Source: a virus
Strand: one strand, 5' to 3'
IMG/VR virus record: IMGVR_UViG_3300007734_000760
Span: 32,001 to 96,000 of that record
Length of the DNA stretch: 64,000 nt
Below are positions 1 through 9,445 of this stretch, piece after piece. The notes beneath the pieces were generated by a model that ran no database searches, had not been told where the DNA came from, and worked only from the letters and a program-made list of their open reading frames with translations. The position numbers were made by a program, and so were the translations under genes. Position 1 is the stretch's first letter, and each line of letters starts with the position of its first letter.

Positions 1-1433
1 TTATTTTCTAAGCCCATTTGATTAATTAAACCGTAACATTCTCCTTCTGTGTAACCAGCATTAGTTAAAATTTTCATAAATGGAGCAGCACATGCTTTAT
101 AAACAATATTTTTACCAATGTGAACATCAGAATCTAATTCGGTTCTATTTTTAGTAATAGCTTCACGAGCGTATAATAATGCTGATCCTCCACCTGGTAC
201 AATACCTTCTTCAATCGCTGCTTTTGTGGCGTGTAAAGCATCGTCAACTCTATCTTTAGTTTCTTTCATTTCTAATTCTGAATTTCCACCTACGTGAATA
301 ATTGCTATTCCACCTACAAATTTTGCTAAACGTTCTTGTAGTTTTTCTTTTTCAAATGCTACAGTTGATTTTTCAATTTGATTTTGTAATTCATCAATAC
401 GCTCTTCAATTTTTTCAGTTTTACCTTTACCATCAACAAGTGTTGTTTGATCTTTAGATATTGTAACTAAACGAGCATTTCCAAACCAATCCCAAGAAAA
501 TTTATCTAATTTCATTCCTTTTTCAGAACTAAATACTTGACCACCAGTTAACACAGCAATGTCTTCTAAAATTAATTTACGACGATCTCCAAAATCAGGA
601 GCTTTTACTGCTGCTACTTTTAAAGTACCTCTCATTTTATTTACTACTAATGTTGATAAAGCCTCGTTGTCAATGTCTTCAGCAATGATTAATAATGATT
701 TACCTGATGATGAAACACCTTCTAAAATTGGTAGTAAATCTTTTACTTGTGTAAATTTTCTATCTGCAATTAAAATGTACGGATCTTCTAAAGTACAAGT
801 CATATCAGCATTGTTTGTAACAAAATAATGTGATTTATAACCACGATCAAATTGCATACCTTCTACTGTTTCTAAGTATGTGTCTCCAGATTTACTTTCT
901 TCAATGTGAACTACTCCTTCACGTCCTACTTTTTCTATTGCTGTGGCAATTAATTTTCCAATTTCAGGATCATTATTTGATGAAATAGTTGCAATTTGTT
1001 CTAATTGATTTTCTGATGTGATATCTTTAGATATTTCTTTACGTAAACAAGTTATTACTTCTTTTACTGCTAAATCAATTCCTCTTTTAATTTCAACTGC
1101 ATTTGCTCCTTTGTCTAAATAATTTAGACCTTCATTAATAATACTTTGAGCTAACAAAGTAGAAGTAGTTGTACCATCACCTGCATTGTTTGCTGTTTTA
1201 ATAGATGCTTGTTTAATCATCTGTACTCCTAATTCTTCAATTGGATCTTCTAAATTAGAAATTTGTTTTGCAACAGTAACTCCATCTTTAGTGCTTCTTA
1301 CTTCACCATATTCTGTGTAAATAACATTTCGTCCGTTTGGACCTAAAGTAGAAGTAACAGCATTTGCTACTTTGTTAATACCCTTGACTAATTTTTTTCG
1401 GGCGTCGGACCCCGATTCTACAACTTTATTCAT
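1..1433 (-). CDS. groEL: Chaperonin GroEL (3' end runs off window)
   Basis: Not in the ORF track. Manual translation from ATG at 1433 gives MNKVVESGSDARKKLVKGINKVANAVTSTLGPNGRNVI...TKDGVTVAK...AGDGTTTS...EGMQFDRGY...VKAPDFGDRRK...GIVPGGG. Follows GroES. Confidence 0.97.
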   Translation of the reverse strand, partial: MNKVVESGSDARKKLVKGINKVANAVTSTLGPNGRNVIYTEYGEVRSTKDGVTVAKQISNLEDPIEELGVQMIKQASIKTANNAGDGTTTSTLLAQSIINEGLNYLDKGANAVEIKRGIDLAVKEVITCLRKEISKDITSENQLEQIATISSNNDPEIGKLIATAIEKVGREGVVHIEESKSGDTYLETVEGMQFDRGYKSHYFVTNNADMTCTLEDPYILIADRKFTQVKDLLPILEGVSSSGKSLLIIAEDIDNEALSTLVVNKMRGTLKVAAVKAPDFGDRRKLILEDIAVLTGGQVFSSEKGMKLDKFSWDWFGNARLVTISKDQTTLVDGKGKTEKIEERIDELQNQIEKSTVAFEKEKLQERLAKFVGGIAIIHVGGNSELEMKETKDRVDDALHATKAAIEEGIVPGGGSALLYAREAITKNRTELDSDVHIGKNIVYKACAAPFMKILTNAGYTEGECYGLINQMGLEN

Positions 1434-1444
1434 TTGTTTTGATT

Positions 1445-1744
1445 TTAATCGTTAATAATTGCTAATACTTGGTTTTCATTACACCCAAGATATTCTACTC
1501 CTTCACTTTCAATCTTAACAGGACCCATTGGAGGCAAAATTACTTTTTGTCCTACTTTAAGTGTAGTTGGGATAAATGCTCCTGTTACAGTATAAGAACC
1601 TTCACCAACAGATACAATAGTACCTGATAAGTGTTTTTCTTTTCCTAAATCTGGAACTACGATTGAACCATAAGTTGTTTCCTCTTCTTCATGAGGTTTA
1701 ACAATGATGCTGTTAAATACAGCTTGTAACTTTATTTTTTCCAT
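1445..1744 (-). CDS. groES: Co-chaperonin GroES
   Basis: EETTYGSIVVPD...GTIVSVGEG...LKVGQKV...ENQVLAII pattern; adjacent to GroEL. Confidence 0.93.
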   Translation of the reverse strand: MEKIKLQAVFNSIIVKPHEEEETTYGSIVVPDLGKEKHLSGTIVSVGEGSYTVTGAFIPTTLKVGQKVILPPMGPVKIESEGVEYLGCNENQVLAIIND

Positions 1745-1767
1745 GACTTTTATTTAGTATAAATATA

Positions 1768-1992
1768 TTAACTTTCAACTGATTCTCCAAGCTTAACATT
1801 GTTTTCTTCAATAATTTGCGCTTCATCTACTTTTTGTAAAAAATAAAGTAAACCATCTTTTTTAAGAACAGTATCTACACTTAGATATTCTTTCCAATCA
1901 TCAAGAATTGGACGTGAACTTTCTTTAATTACTCTTTTAAGAATATATAGATCTTGATTGTAGTCTATAAATGTGATAGGAATTGTAAACAT
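1768..1992 (-). CDS. Hypothetical protein
   Basis: 74-aa ORF abutting the clamp gene; fills the operon. Confidence 0.6.
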   Translation of the reverse strand: MFTIPITFIDYNQDLYILKRVIKESSRPILDDWKEYLSVDTVLKKDGLLYFLQKVDEAQIIEENNVKLGESVES

Positions 1993-2732
1993 TATATATC
2001 TTTTTTAACAATGTAATAAATTGATTTTATATTTTCAGTTTCAAACTCTAATTTCATTAATCCTTCTAAATTAATACTCATCTTAGCTTTAGTTGCTTCT
2101 TTATTTACGTTTAATATTTCTTTAAGTAAATCAGAACCAAATCCTAATGTGAATTGAGACGGTAAATCTTTTTGTGTAAAATTAGATATAAAATAAGATA
2201 TTTTATTTGCATACTCTATGTCACCACCAAACATTAATTCTAGTTGAAATTCACCATCTAAACTTAACATTGGAGTTAACATAACTGTAGTACTTTCAGG
2301 CAATGATGATTTTGCTTTTATTAAAGCATTTATAATTTCAGTGTTTAATTCTGTTTCTAAATTATATTCTTCAGGACCTGTGTAATTACCTGATTTAGGT
2401 ATAGTTAATATGTCTGCTAAAGTATAATTAATAGTAAATTGATTGTCTGAAATTATTAGTTTGGAAAATATTTTATTATTTTTAATATAATTTAACATTA
2501 CCTCTCCTCCTGTAGTACTAATTAATTTAAGTAATTGTGTTGTATTACTTATTCCTACTGTTGAATCAGGTAATTCAAACTTATTATGAGTTACTTCTCC
2601 AATCATTTCTTTTGTTGGTGAAGTAAATTTAATAGTTATAGATTTATCTTTAATGTCCCATTTAACGGCTTCATTTATTCCGTTTAGATAATATTTGTTT
2701 ATAACACTTAGTAATTCAAATTTTGAAATCAT
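1992..2732 (-). CDS. DNA polymerase sliding clamp (gp45/PCNA-like)
   Basis: 246 aa, alternating beta/alpha pattern ending in GLMKLEF...SIYYIV; directly downstream of PolB. Confidence 0.7.
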   Translation of the reverse strand: MISKFELLSVINKYYLNGINEAVKWDIKDKSITIKFTSPTKEMIGEVTHNKFELPDSTVGISNTTQLLKLISTTGGEVMLNYIKNNKIFSKLIISDNQFTINYTLADILTIPKSGNYTGPEEYNLETELNTEIINALIKAKSSLPESTTVMLTPMLSLDGEFQLELMFGGDIEYANKISYFISNFTQKDLPSQFTLGFGSDLLKEILNVNKEATKAKMSINLEGLMKLEFETENIKSIYYIVKKDI

Positions 2733-2752
2733 AACTTTAATATATGTATTTT

Positions 2753-5341
2753 TTATTGGAAAGCAAAAAACTTTTTAACATTTGGATTAAGAGTTGGAAA
2801 CTCCCACTTTAAATCATTATACAACGATTTTAATTTATTAGCTAATAATGAGTCAAATATTTCCTCAACATCAATATATGTTTTAACAAATTCTTCTATT
2901 TCGGGGGGCACTTGGGCATTTGGAACACCTATTGTTTCTATGTTAAATGGATTTTGTTTTAAATTAATTACAAATAATTTATCTCCTTCAATAATAGATT
3001 CATATTTTTTGTCTAACTTTTTAAATTTAAGTAAATCATTGTAACGAACCGCAGCTTTTGTGTTAAAAGGCGCTTTTAATTTAAATCGACTAAATATTTC
3101 TCCAGTGTTTGCTTTAATTTGATAATTTGTTATTTGTTTTACTCCTGTAGGTTTGCCTAGTACTTTAGGATCTAATGTTTTAAGTGATTTATAAAAGTCA
3201 ACTATTGAATTGTCTATTTCAGTTTTATCTTTACCAAATAAAACATTCTTAATAAAGTCTTCACCAAACTTTTTAAATAATTTATTCATGTTAGACTTCA
3301 TTAATTCAAGTCCTTTCATGTCTAATTCATCAACTGGTACTCCTTCTTTGTTAGTAACGTACATTGCATAACGACGTTTACCTGTAGTTAATACTCCAGC
3401 ACATATTACTTCTTGTTTTAGTTGAAAATGGTGAGTATCTGGAGTTATGTTAAATAAACGCTTACTTAACTCATTTAAATAAAAATTAGCATCATTTTGG
3501 ATTTCTTGAGCTAATGTTAATATAAAATTATTTTTTTCTTCAGGTTTAAAATTTGGATGTCTAAATTTAAGTAAATCACCTAACACAATGTATAATGAAT
3601 CAGTATCTGAAATGCAAATATTTTGTTTTTCTTCTTTTATTTCAGTATTAATTTTATCATTTACAAACACAATAGATTCTTGTGTTAATCTTTGACCACT
3701 GTTAGTTATAGCAGCACTACAAATTAAATGTCCATCAGTGTATCTCCAACCGTTTTTAGCAAATGTACCATACATTGCGTTCTGTAAAATCTTAAATGAA
3801 TGTTGAAATAAATCATATAATTTATAATTTGCCCAATCCTCTGCTTTACCAGCTGTTTTCTTTAGTCCTCTATAGTGCTCTCGTTTTTCAAACCAACCTG
3901 CTAAAATAGTTGACACAACACTTTTTTCATTAGTGTCAAATATAGCTCCAGAGGCAGCAATTGTGTAATCATTTTGTTCAATTAAATTAATTACATCTTT
4001 TAATTTTACTTGTGCTGCTTTTAAAGTATAATTCTTTTTATTTAATTTTTCAATTATAATTAGTTCTTCAGGATTTCTTTCTTTAAGTTTTTCTAATGAA
4101 TGATTTTGTTCATAAGTTGGATTATCTTCTATTTTAATTCTACCTATTAGTGTTTCAATGCCTAAATTAAGTGATTTAATAATAGATGGATACAGTGATG
4201 TAAAGTCTAAGTCAATAACATCAAAATACAAACCAGGTATTGGTTCTAGTAAATACCCACCAGCATAAGATATATTCACCGCTTTTAAAGCGGGATTATG
4301 AGTAGTTGGCTTATTTGGTGATATTATACCTTCTCGTTTTAAATGTTTTAATATTGCGCCTTCATTCATAACTGTATTATAATACACACTTTCATAAGGT
4401 ATATTACAAATATGAGAAATCATTATTGTTAATTCGATAAATTTTAATTTTTCTTCTAATTTCTCAATAATTTCAACATCACGTAAGTTATAGTCTATAA
4501 AACGATTTATGTCATTTTTAAATAAAGTATTTAAATTACCTTCATATTCTACTTTACCTAAATTAACATATTTAGTTCCTATGTCTCCTAATTTATATGA
4601 TGATTCTTCCTTCATAATGTACTTTTTATGAAGTAACATATAGTCTAAGTGATTTATTCCTCCTATAGTTACTTGTAAAGCACCTGCAAATTCTCTAAAA
4701 CTTACTTTTCTAATAGGAGACATTCTGTTTATTTCATTTTCACCTAATATTTGTTTAATTCTAAAGTACATATAAGGAATGTCAAAGTAAGCTGAATTGT
4801 ATCCTACTACTATTGTTGGATCTAATTCTTCCCATTTGTCTAAGAATTTTTTAACTAATTCTTTTTCTGAGTAGCAAGGAATAATATGTTTACCATCTTG
4901 AATTGTTTCTTGTATTTCTTTACTTTTATCTACAATAAAACAAATATATTGTTTAGTAGTAACATCTCTTAAAGCAATAGATGTGATAGGCATAGGAGCA
5001 GCTTTAATATATTCAGGTGTTAAAGCACCTCCCATTTCAATCTCAATGTCTAAATAAACAATGTTATGCCAAGAAGGAACAACATCATCTAATTTATAAT
5101 ATAGCTCTCGTAATACTAATAATGATTTATCAATGTCCTTTTCTAGTAAATTAGGATCTTCTTTGTCTAATTTTTTAGTAGGAACAGCCCATCCTCCAGT
5201 TAAAACAGGTTGAGCATTTTCTTGCCATTTATCAACACGTTTCCAATAAGTTGGTTGATATTGAAATTCAGACCAACCAATTTCATCATCACGAAGATAA
5301 TAAGTATAGGTTTTAAAATCGTAGTAAACACTTTGATACAC
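2753..5341 (-). CDS. Family B DNA polymerase with 3'-5' exonuclease (gp43-like)
   Basis: ExoI DIEIE, ExoII GYNSAYFD, ExoIII YNLRD; pol motifs DFTSLYPS, KILQNAMYG, SDTDS, KRRY. Confidence 0.97.
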   Translation of the reverse strand: MYQSVYYDFKTYTYYLRDDEIGWSEFQYQPTYWKRVDKWQENAQPVLTGGWAVPTKKLDKEDPNLLEKDIDKSLLVLRELYYKLDDVVPSWHNIVYLDIEIEMGGALTPEYIKAAPMPITSIALRDVTTKQYICFIVDKSKEIQETIQDGKHIIPCYSEKELVKKFLDKWEELDPTIVVGYNSAYFDIPYMYFRIKQILGENEINRMSPIRKVSFREFAGALQVTIGGINHLDYMLLHKKYIMKEESSYKLGDIGTKYVNLGKVEYEGNLNTLFKNDINRFIDYNLRDVEIIEKLEEKLKFIELTIMISHICNIPYESVYYNTVMNEGAILKHLKREGIISPNKPTTHNPALKAVNISYAGGYLLEPIPGLYFDVIDLDFTSLYPSIIKSLNLGIETLIGRIKIEDNPTYEQNHSLEKLKERNPEELIIIEKLNKKNYTLKAAQVKLKDVINLIEQNDYTIAASGAIFDTNEKSVVSTILAGWFEKREHYRGLKKTAGKAEDWANYKLYDLFQHSFKILQNAMYGTFAKNGWRYTDGHLICSAAITNSGQRLTQESIVFVNDKINTEIKEEKQNICISDTDSLYIVLGDLLKFRHPNFKPEEKNNFILTLAQEIQNDANFYLNELSKRLFNITPDTHHFQLKQEVICAGVLTTGKRRYAMYVTNKEGVPVDELDMKGLELMKSNMNKLFKKFGEDFIKNVLFGKDKTEIDNSIVDFYKSLKTLDPKVLGKPTGVKQITNYQIKANTGEIFSRFKLKAPFNTKAAVRYNDLLKFKKLDKKYESIIEGDKLFVINLKQNPFNIETIGVPNAQVPPEIEEFVKTYIDVEEIFDSLLANKLKSLYNDLKWEFPTLNPNVKKFFAFQ

Positions 5342-5814
5342 TAGAAAAATTTCTTAAGATCTGGTTTGAAATAATTTATTGATTTCATTACTTTCATATC
5401 ATCTCTATAGACAATCCAATTGTCTCCTACTTTTACATAATGGCATGGACGACCTTGTTCAGCAGAACGTTTAATAACTGTTAAACGTGCTTCTTCTTCA
5501 GTTTTACAAACTTTAGATAAATTAGATGCTTGTACTTCAGCATAACCTTCTTCAATTTTGTCTTTTAAACCAAATACTAAAGCTCCATTTCCTAATCCTA
5601 CATAAGTAATATCTAAAATAGCATCAAGTACTCCTACAATATTGTTTTCTTCTACTGCTTGTTTTAATTCATCAAGTTCTTCTTGAATAAAATTAATTAC
5701 AAAATCAGCATCTGATTTATCAATAGTTGGAGTGGTTCTATTTTGCCACTCTTTACCCATTATAATGTTAAACTCCTCTACTTCGGAGATAAACGGTACG
5801 TGTTTTTTTTCCAT
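5341..5814 (-). CDS. MazG-like/all-alpha NTP pyrophosphohydrolase
   Basis: IQEELDEL...DAILDITYV...EVQASNLSK...KVMKSINYFKPDL signature. Confidence 0.85.
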   Translation of the reverse strand: MEKKHVPFISEVEEFNIIMGKEWQNRTTPTIDKSDADFVINFIQEELDELKQAVEENNIVGVLDAILDITYVGLGNGALVFGLKDKIEEGYAEVQASNLSKVCKTEEEARLTVIKRSAEQGRPCHYVKVGDNWIVYRDDMKVMKSINYFKPDLKKFF

Positions 5815-5816
5815 GT

Positions 5817-6119
5817 TTATATGTTTGTTAATATTAAATAAGATATTTTATATCCAGCAAATGCTCCTAAAGCAGATGGAATTGGAAATACAATTAATTG
5901 TCCTAAAGAAGTAACATATTTTGGTCTGTTAACTATTTTACCCATAAAAAAGTAATATGCTATGTAACCTACTAAAACAGCTAAATCAGCTTTAGTAGCA
6001 ATAAATACCACTAATGTTGCTCCTATAAAACCAAATGTAAAGTTATCTCTTACACCTTCCCATATTTCTAAGGCTGATGCATCTTTATATTCTTTAATTA
6101 TCTTTTTGTATCTTGCCAT
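5817..6119 (-). CDS. Small membrane protein
   Basis: Three hydrophobic segments; start re-assigned to MARYKK (6119) because the upstream extension overlaps another ORF. Confidence 0.65.
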   Translation of the reverse strand: MARYKKIIKEYKDASALEIWEGVRDNFTFGFIGATLVVFIATKADLAVLVGYIAYYFFMGKIVNRPKYVTSLGQLIVFPIPSALGAFAGYKISYLILTNI

Positions 6120-6249
6120 CTTGTTTTGGTTCTTCATCAAATAAATCTTCACCCTTATAGTCTGGATGATTTTTATGCATGTAATCTATTCCGTTAACCC
6201 ATACTATGGCTACTAACATTACTATTGTAAACGCTGCGAATTGTATCAT
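6094..6249 (-). CDS. Small membrane-anchored protein (51 aa, not in ORF track)
   Basis: MIQFAAFTIVMLVAIVWVNGIDYMHKNHPDYKGEDLFDEEPKQDGKIQKDN; ATGA overlap with the upstream ORF. Confidence 0.6.
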   Translation of the reverse strand: MIQFAAFTIVMLVAIVWVNGIDYMHKNHPDYKGEDLFDEEPKQDGKIQKDN

Positions 6250-6485
6250 TGTTCTATTTTTATTTGGTTTGTATCAGATTTTATTTTTTCTATCCATTGA
6301 ATTTTTTTAACTTTAATTGTATCATAGTATAGTACTTTTACTTTAATTGTATCATAATATTTTTCTGGCTTTTCTATAAGTGGTGGTTTTACTTCATATG
6401 AACTTAAAGTAACAACTATTATTATAAGTAATGGAGTTAATATAATAAATAATCCTGAGTAAAACAAGCTATTAAATTTTTTCAT
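6246..6485 (-). CDS. Hypothetical membrane protein with YYDTIKVK duplication
   Basis: N-terminal TM segment; YYDTIKVK occurs twice. Confidence 0.6.
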   Translation of the reverse strand: MKKFNSLFYSGLFIILTPLLIIIVVTLSSYEVKPPLIEKPEKYYDTIKVKVLYYDTIKVKKIQWIEKIKSDTNQIKIEQ

Positions 6486-6885
6486 GAGTTAAGTTTTTAT
6501 AAATGTTAGATAATGAATGTTTTACATTTGAGCGTATTTCTGTTTCCATTTTTTCTCTACGTTTTTCTACTTCAATGTCAAATATATTTGATATTAAATC
6601 ATATGTTTTAGTCCAAATATTAATATTATAACTGTATTGATGATTTACAATTGTAAGTTGTTTTGATTCAATAATAATAAATAATTGACTGTCACCACTT
6701 TCAATGTATCTTTTACCTGATATAGGAGAAATAAGTAATGTACTATCTTCTTGATGTATTAATTCTTTACAAATAGTTATACTTTCTTTCTCATACTCAT
6801 TAAAATGAGTATCTTGTTTAGGATTCATTGTTTTAAACAATTTAAGAGCTGTTTTTTGAAATAATCTTTTTAATTTATGTTTCAT
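6472..6885 (-). CDS. Hypothetical protein
   Basis: 137-aa ORF in a tightly packed operon. Confidence 0.7.
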   Translation of the reverse strand: MKHKLKRLFQKTALKLFKTMNPKQDTHFNEYEKESITICKELIHQEDSTLLISPISGKRYIESGDSQLFIIIESKQLTIVNHQYSYNINIWTKTYDLISNIFDIEVEKRREKMETEIRSNVKHSLSNIYKNLTHEKI

Positions 6886-6898
6886 AACCTTTTTTTAT

Positions 6899-7192
6899 TT
6901 ATTTTATAATGTAATAACCTAATCCAATACTGTTTATAACAAATATCCATTTATAAATTTTTTGTCTTTTAAGTTGTTTTTTTGTTTTAACAAGACTTTC
7001 ATTTAATAAATCAATTTCAATTAATTTTGCTTTTAAATTAGTATTTTGAAAATTTATATTATTTTGTAATTTAACTTCTAATTTTTTATACATGTTAATT
7101 GTTCTTACATAATCAACAGAATCCATATGTTTAGTTTGTGATAACGTTGTTAAACTTAATAACAACATAGTATATAATAATATATTTTTCAT
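6899..7192 (-). CDS. Signal peptide / coiled coil / C-terminal TM protein
   Basis: Same architecture as 60534..60938. Confidence 0.6.
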   Translation of the reverse strand: MKNILLYTMLLLSLTTLSQTKHMDSVDYVRTINMYKKLEVKLQNNINFQNTNLKAKLIEIDLLNESLVKTKKQLKRQKIYKWIFVINSIGLGYYIIK

Positions 7193-7269
7193 GTTTTGTT
7201 TCCGTTAGTAAAAAACCATGCAAAGTGTTTATTAAACCAATGTTCTAATTTTATTAGTTTTATTTTCAT
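7189..7269 (-). CDS. Microprotein (26 aa, not in ORF track)
   Basis: MKIKLIKLEHWFNKHFAWFFTNGNKT; ATGA overlaps at both ends. Confidence 0.55.
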   Translation of the reverse strand: MKIKLIKLEHWFNKHFAWFFTNGNKT

Positions 7270-7349
7270 ATTTTACCCCACCCTTGATGAATCATACATT
7301 TAATTCTATATGACTCGATTAGTGTTAAAAATTTAATTATTTTTTTCAT
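7266..7349 (-). CDS. Microprotein (27 aa, not in ORF track)
   Basis: MKKIIKFLTLIESYRIKCMIHQGWGKI; starts 1 nt after the upstream stop, ATGA overlap downstream. Confidence 0.55.
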   Translation of the reverse strand: MKKIIKFLTLIESYRIKCMIHQGWGKI

Positions 7350-7350
7350 A

Positions 7351-7704
7351 TTATTTTATTATTCTTATTCCTTTATAATTAGTGTTAACAAACTTAATTA
7401 GTTTATTATTCCATTCTATATTCTTTTTGTTTTGTACTATTAATGTTTCTAATGTATTAATTCCATGTATTGATTCATAGTGCTCTTTACTTTTATAATC
7501 TTTTGAACGATCACAAGTACTGTTTATTGGTATAGCAGTTGCTTTTTCCCAAACTACAATTTTTGCTACTGGTTCATCTAAATAATATATTATATTTTTA
7601 TTTACTGACCATTCATCTAATTCATCAATAAGTAACTCAGGTTGAACTGTACATCTAATTAATAGAATTAATAGAATTAATAATATAGATAATACTTTTT
7701 TCAT
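7351..7704 (-). CDS. Putative lipoprotein/exported protein
   Basis: MKK plus a hydrophobic stretch ending in Cys (LLIRC). Confidence 0.6.
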   Translation of the reverse strand: MKKVLSILLILLILLIRCTVQPELLIDELDEWSVNKNIIYYLDEPVAKIVVWEKATAIPINSTCDRSKDYKSKEHYESIHGINTLETLIVQNKKNIEWNNKLIKFVNTNYKGIRIIK

Positions 7705-7964
7705 TTGTGTTTTTGTTTAATTGAATCATACTTATGACCCCAATAACTAATTTCAGATTCTTTAAATTGTAGTTCATCTCTTAAAAAGTGTATTTGATCT
7801 TTTTGATCTACAATAATTTCATTTAGTGAGTCTACTAAATCTGTACAAATGTCTTTTTTATTTTCATTAGATCTATTTGTGTTTATTGTATCTACTTCTA
7901 AAATTATACAATTTATAAATACAATTGCTCCAAAAAATAATATTGTGCTTTTAATTGATGTCAT
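7701..7964 (-). CDS. Membrane-anchored coiled-coil protein
   Basis: N-terminal hydrophobic helix followed by a heptad-like region. Confidence 0.6.
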   Translation of the reverse strand: MTSIKSTILFFGAIVFINCIILEVDTINTNRSNENKKDICTDLVDSLNEIIVDQKDQIHFLRDELQFKESEISYWGHKYDSIKQKHK

Positions 7965-7967
7965 AAT

Positions 7968-8600
7968 TTAAAATTTAGTGCCATTCATTTCAATAGCGTG
8001 TAAAAATTCTTCTCTAATCATATTACTTTTTTCCATAAATACGCCACTAAATTTATTTGTAGTCATTACAGATGGATGTTTAATTCCTCTATGTGAACAA
8101 CAAGTGTGTTTACAAGCAACACTTACTGCTACAGATCTACATTCCATTTTATTAGCTATATAATCATGAATTTGTTGTGTTAATGATTCTTGCATTTGTG
8201 GTCTACGAGCAAACCATTCTACAATACGATTTAGTTTTGATAAACCAATTACTTTTTCACTAGGCACATAAGCTACAGTAGCAAATCCTGTAAATGCTAA
8301 ATTATGGTGAGCACACATACTAGTAATAGGAATACCTGATTGAATTACTAATCCATCATAATTTTCATCATTTGGAAAAGTAGTAATGTTTGGTTCATTT
8401 GACACTGATCCTACAATTAAGTCTTTTAACCATGCTTTTGCTACTCGACGTGGTGTATCTTCTGTTTGTTTATCAGCTGTAAAATCAAAACCTACTGCTT
8501 TTAAAAAATGTCCATAATGTAATTCAGCTTCACTAATCATTTGTTCTATTTCTTCCGGAGTACGAGCTATACTACCATTTGATTTTTTTAATAATTCCAT
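7968..8600 (-). CDS. folE: GTP cyclohydrolase I
   Basis: DTPRRVAK, SMCAHH, GLSKLNR, RRPQMQESLT, HTCCSHRG. Confidence 0.97.
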   Translation of the reverse strand: MELLKKSNGSIARTPEEIEQMISEAELHYGHFLKAVGFDFTADKQTEDTPRRVAKAWLKDLIVGSVSNEPNITTFPNDENYDGLVIQSGIPITSMCAHHNLAFTGFATVAYVPSEKVIGLSKLNRIVEWFARRPQMQESLTQQIHDYIANKMECRSVAVSVACKHTCCSHRGIKHPSVMTTNKFSGVFMEKSNMIREEFLHAIEMNGTKF

Positions 8601-8651
8601 TTTTTATTTTATTTAATTAAATATAAGTATTTTATTTTTGGAAGCCTAACT

Positions 8652-9428
8652 TTATACTCCTCTTTTATCATTATAAGCTACAATGTGAGCTCTTCCAGTA
8701 AAATTATATCCTCTTTTAATACACTCCTCCATCACATAAGGATAGTTGGGTTGTAGTTTGTCTAAAGTATCTCCTGCAGGCATAACCCATACTTTGTTTT
8801 TAGGTATGCTGTGTGTTGTAATAAACTCTTCTATTTCATTCCATACTTCAGGATCATTTCTATCTACAACTGGTTTGAAATGATAATCTAAATGATAGCT
8901 TAACATGTTTTTAATTGCTTCATGATTCATTCTAAACTTGTTATGTTGTGTAATAATCTTTTCATCTACAGCTACTCCTAATGGTGTTTCAGTTCCTAAT
9001 TTTGGAATTGAGTTTTTAAACTTAGGTGATAATGATATTAAATCTATTTTATAATTAGTTTCAACAAAATGACTTCCTTCAGTCTCTATTGTAACATGCA
9101 TTGATCTCATGTTCTTAGCCATAGTGACTAATTCATCTATTAACTTAGGATGCATAGTTGGAGAACCACCTGATATCATTAAATGATTGATTTGTGGATT
9201 AGTTTCAAATAATTCTTTAATAGCGTTAAGAGTCCAAGTTCCTTTTTCTGGATGAATACTTGTATACCAAGAATCACACCATCCTCCTTCACCAAAATAA
9301 CATCTGTGAGTACAGCCTGTTGTTCTAATTAAAAAGTTAGGATATCCTGCTTTTGAACCTTCAGTTTGAACACAAGTATATGCTTCAATGATAGGTTGAA
9401 TCTTATTGTAATCTAATTTATTTTCCAT
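8652..9428 (-). CDS. queE: 7-carboxy-7-deazaguanine synthase (radical SAM)
   Basis: QTEG, RTTGCTHRC...WCDS cluster motif, SGGSP, IETEG, SLSPK. Confidence 0.93.
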   Translation of the reverse strand: MENKLDYNKIQPIIEAYTCVQTEGSKAGYPNFLIRTTGCTHRCYFGEGGWCDSWYTSIHPEKGTWTLNAIKELFETNPQINHLMISGGSPTMHPKLIDELVTMAKNMRSMHVTIETEGSHFVETNYKIDLISLSPKFKNSIPKLGTETPLGVAVDEKIITQHNKFRMNHEAIKNMLSYHLDYHFKPVVDRNDPEVWNEIEEFITTHSIPKNKVWVMPAGDTLDKLQPNYPYVMEECIKRGYNFTGRAHIVAYNDKRGV

Positions 9429-9445
9429 TTATTATATTTTTTATT

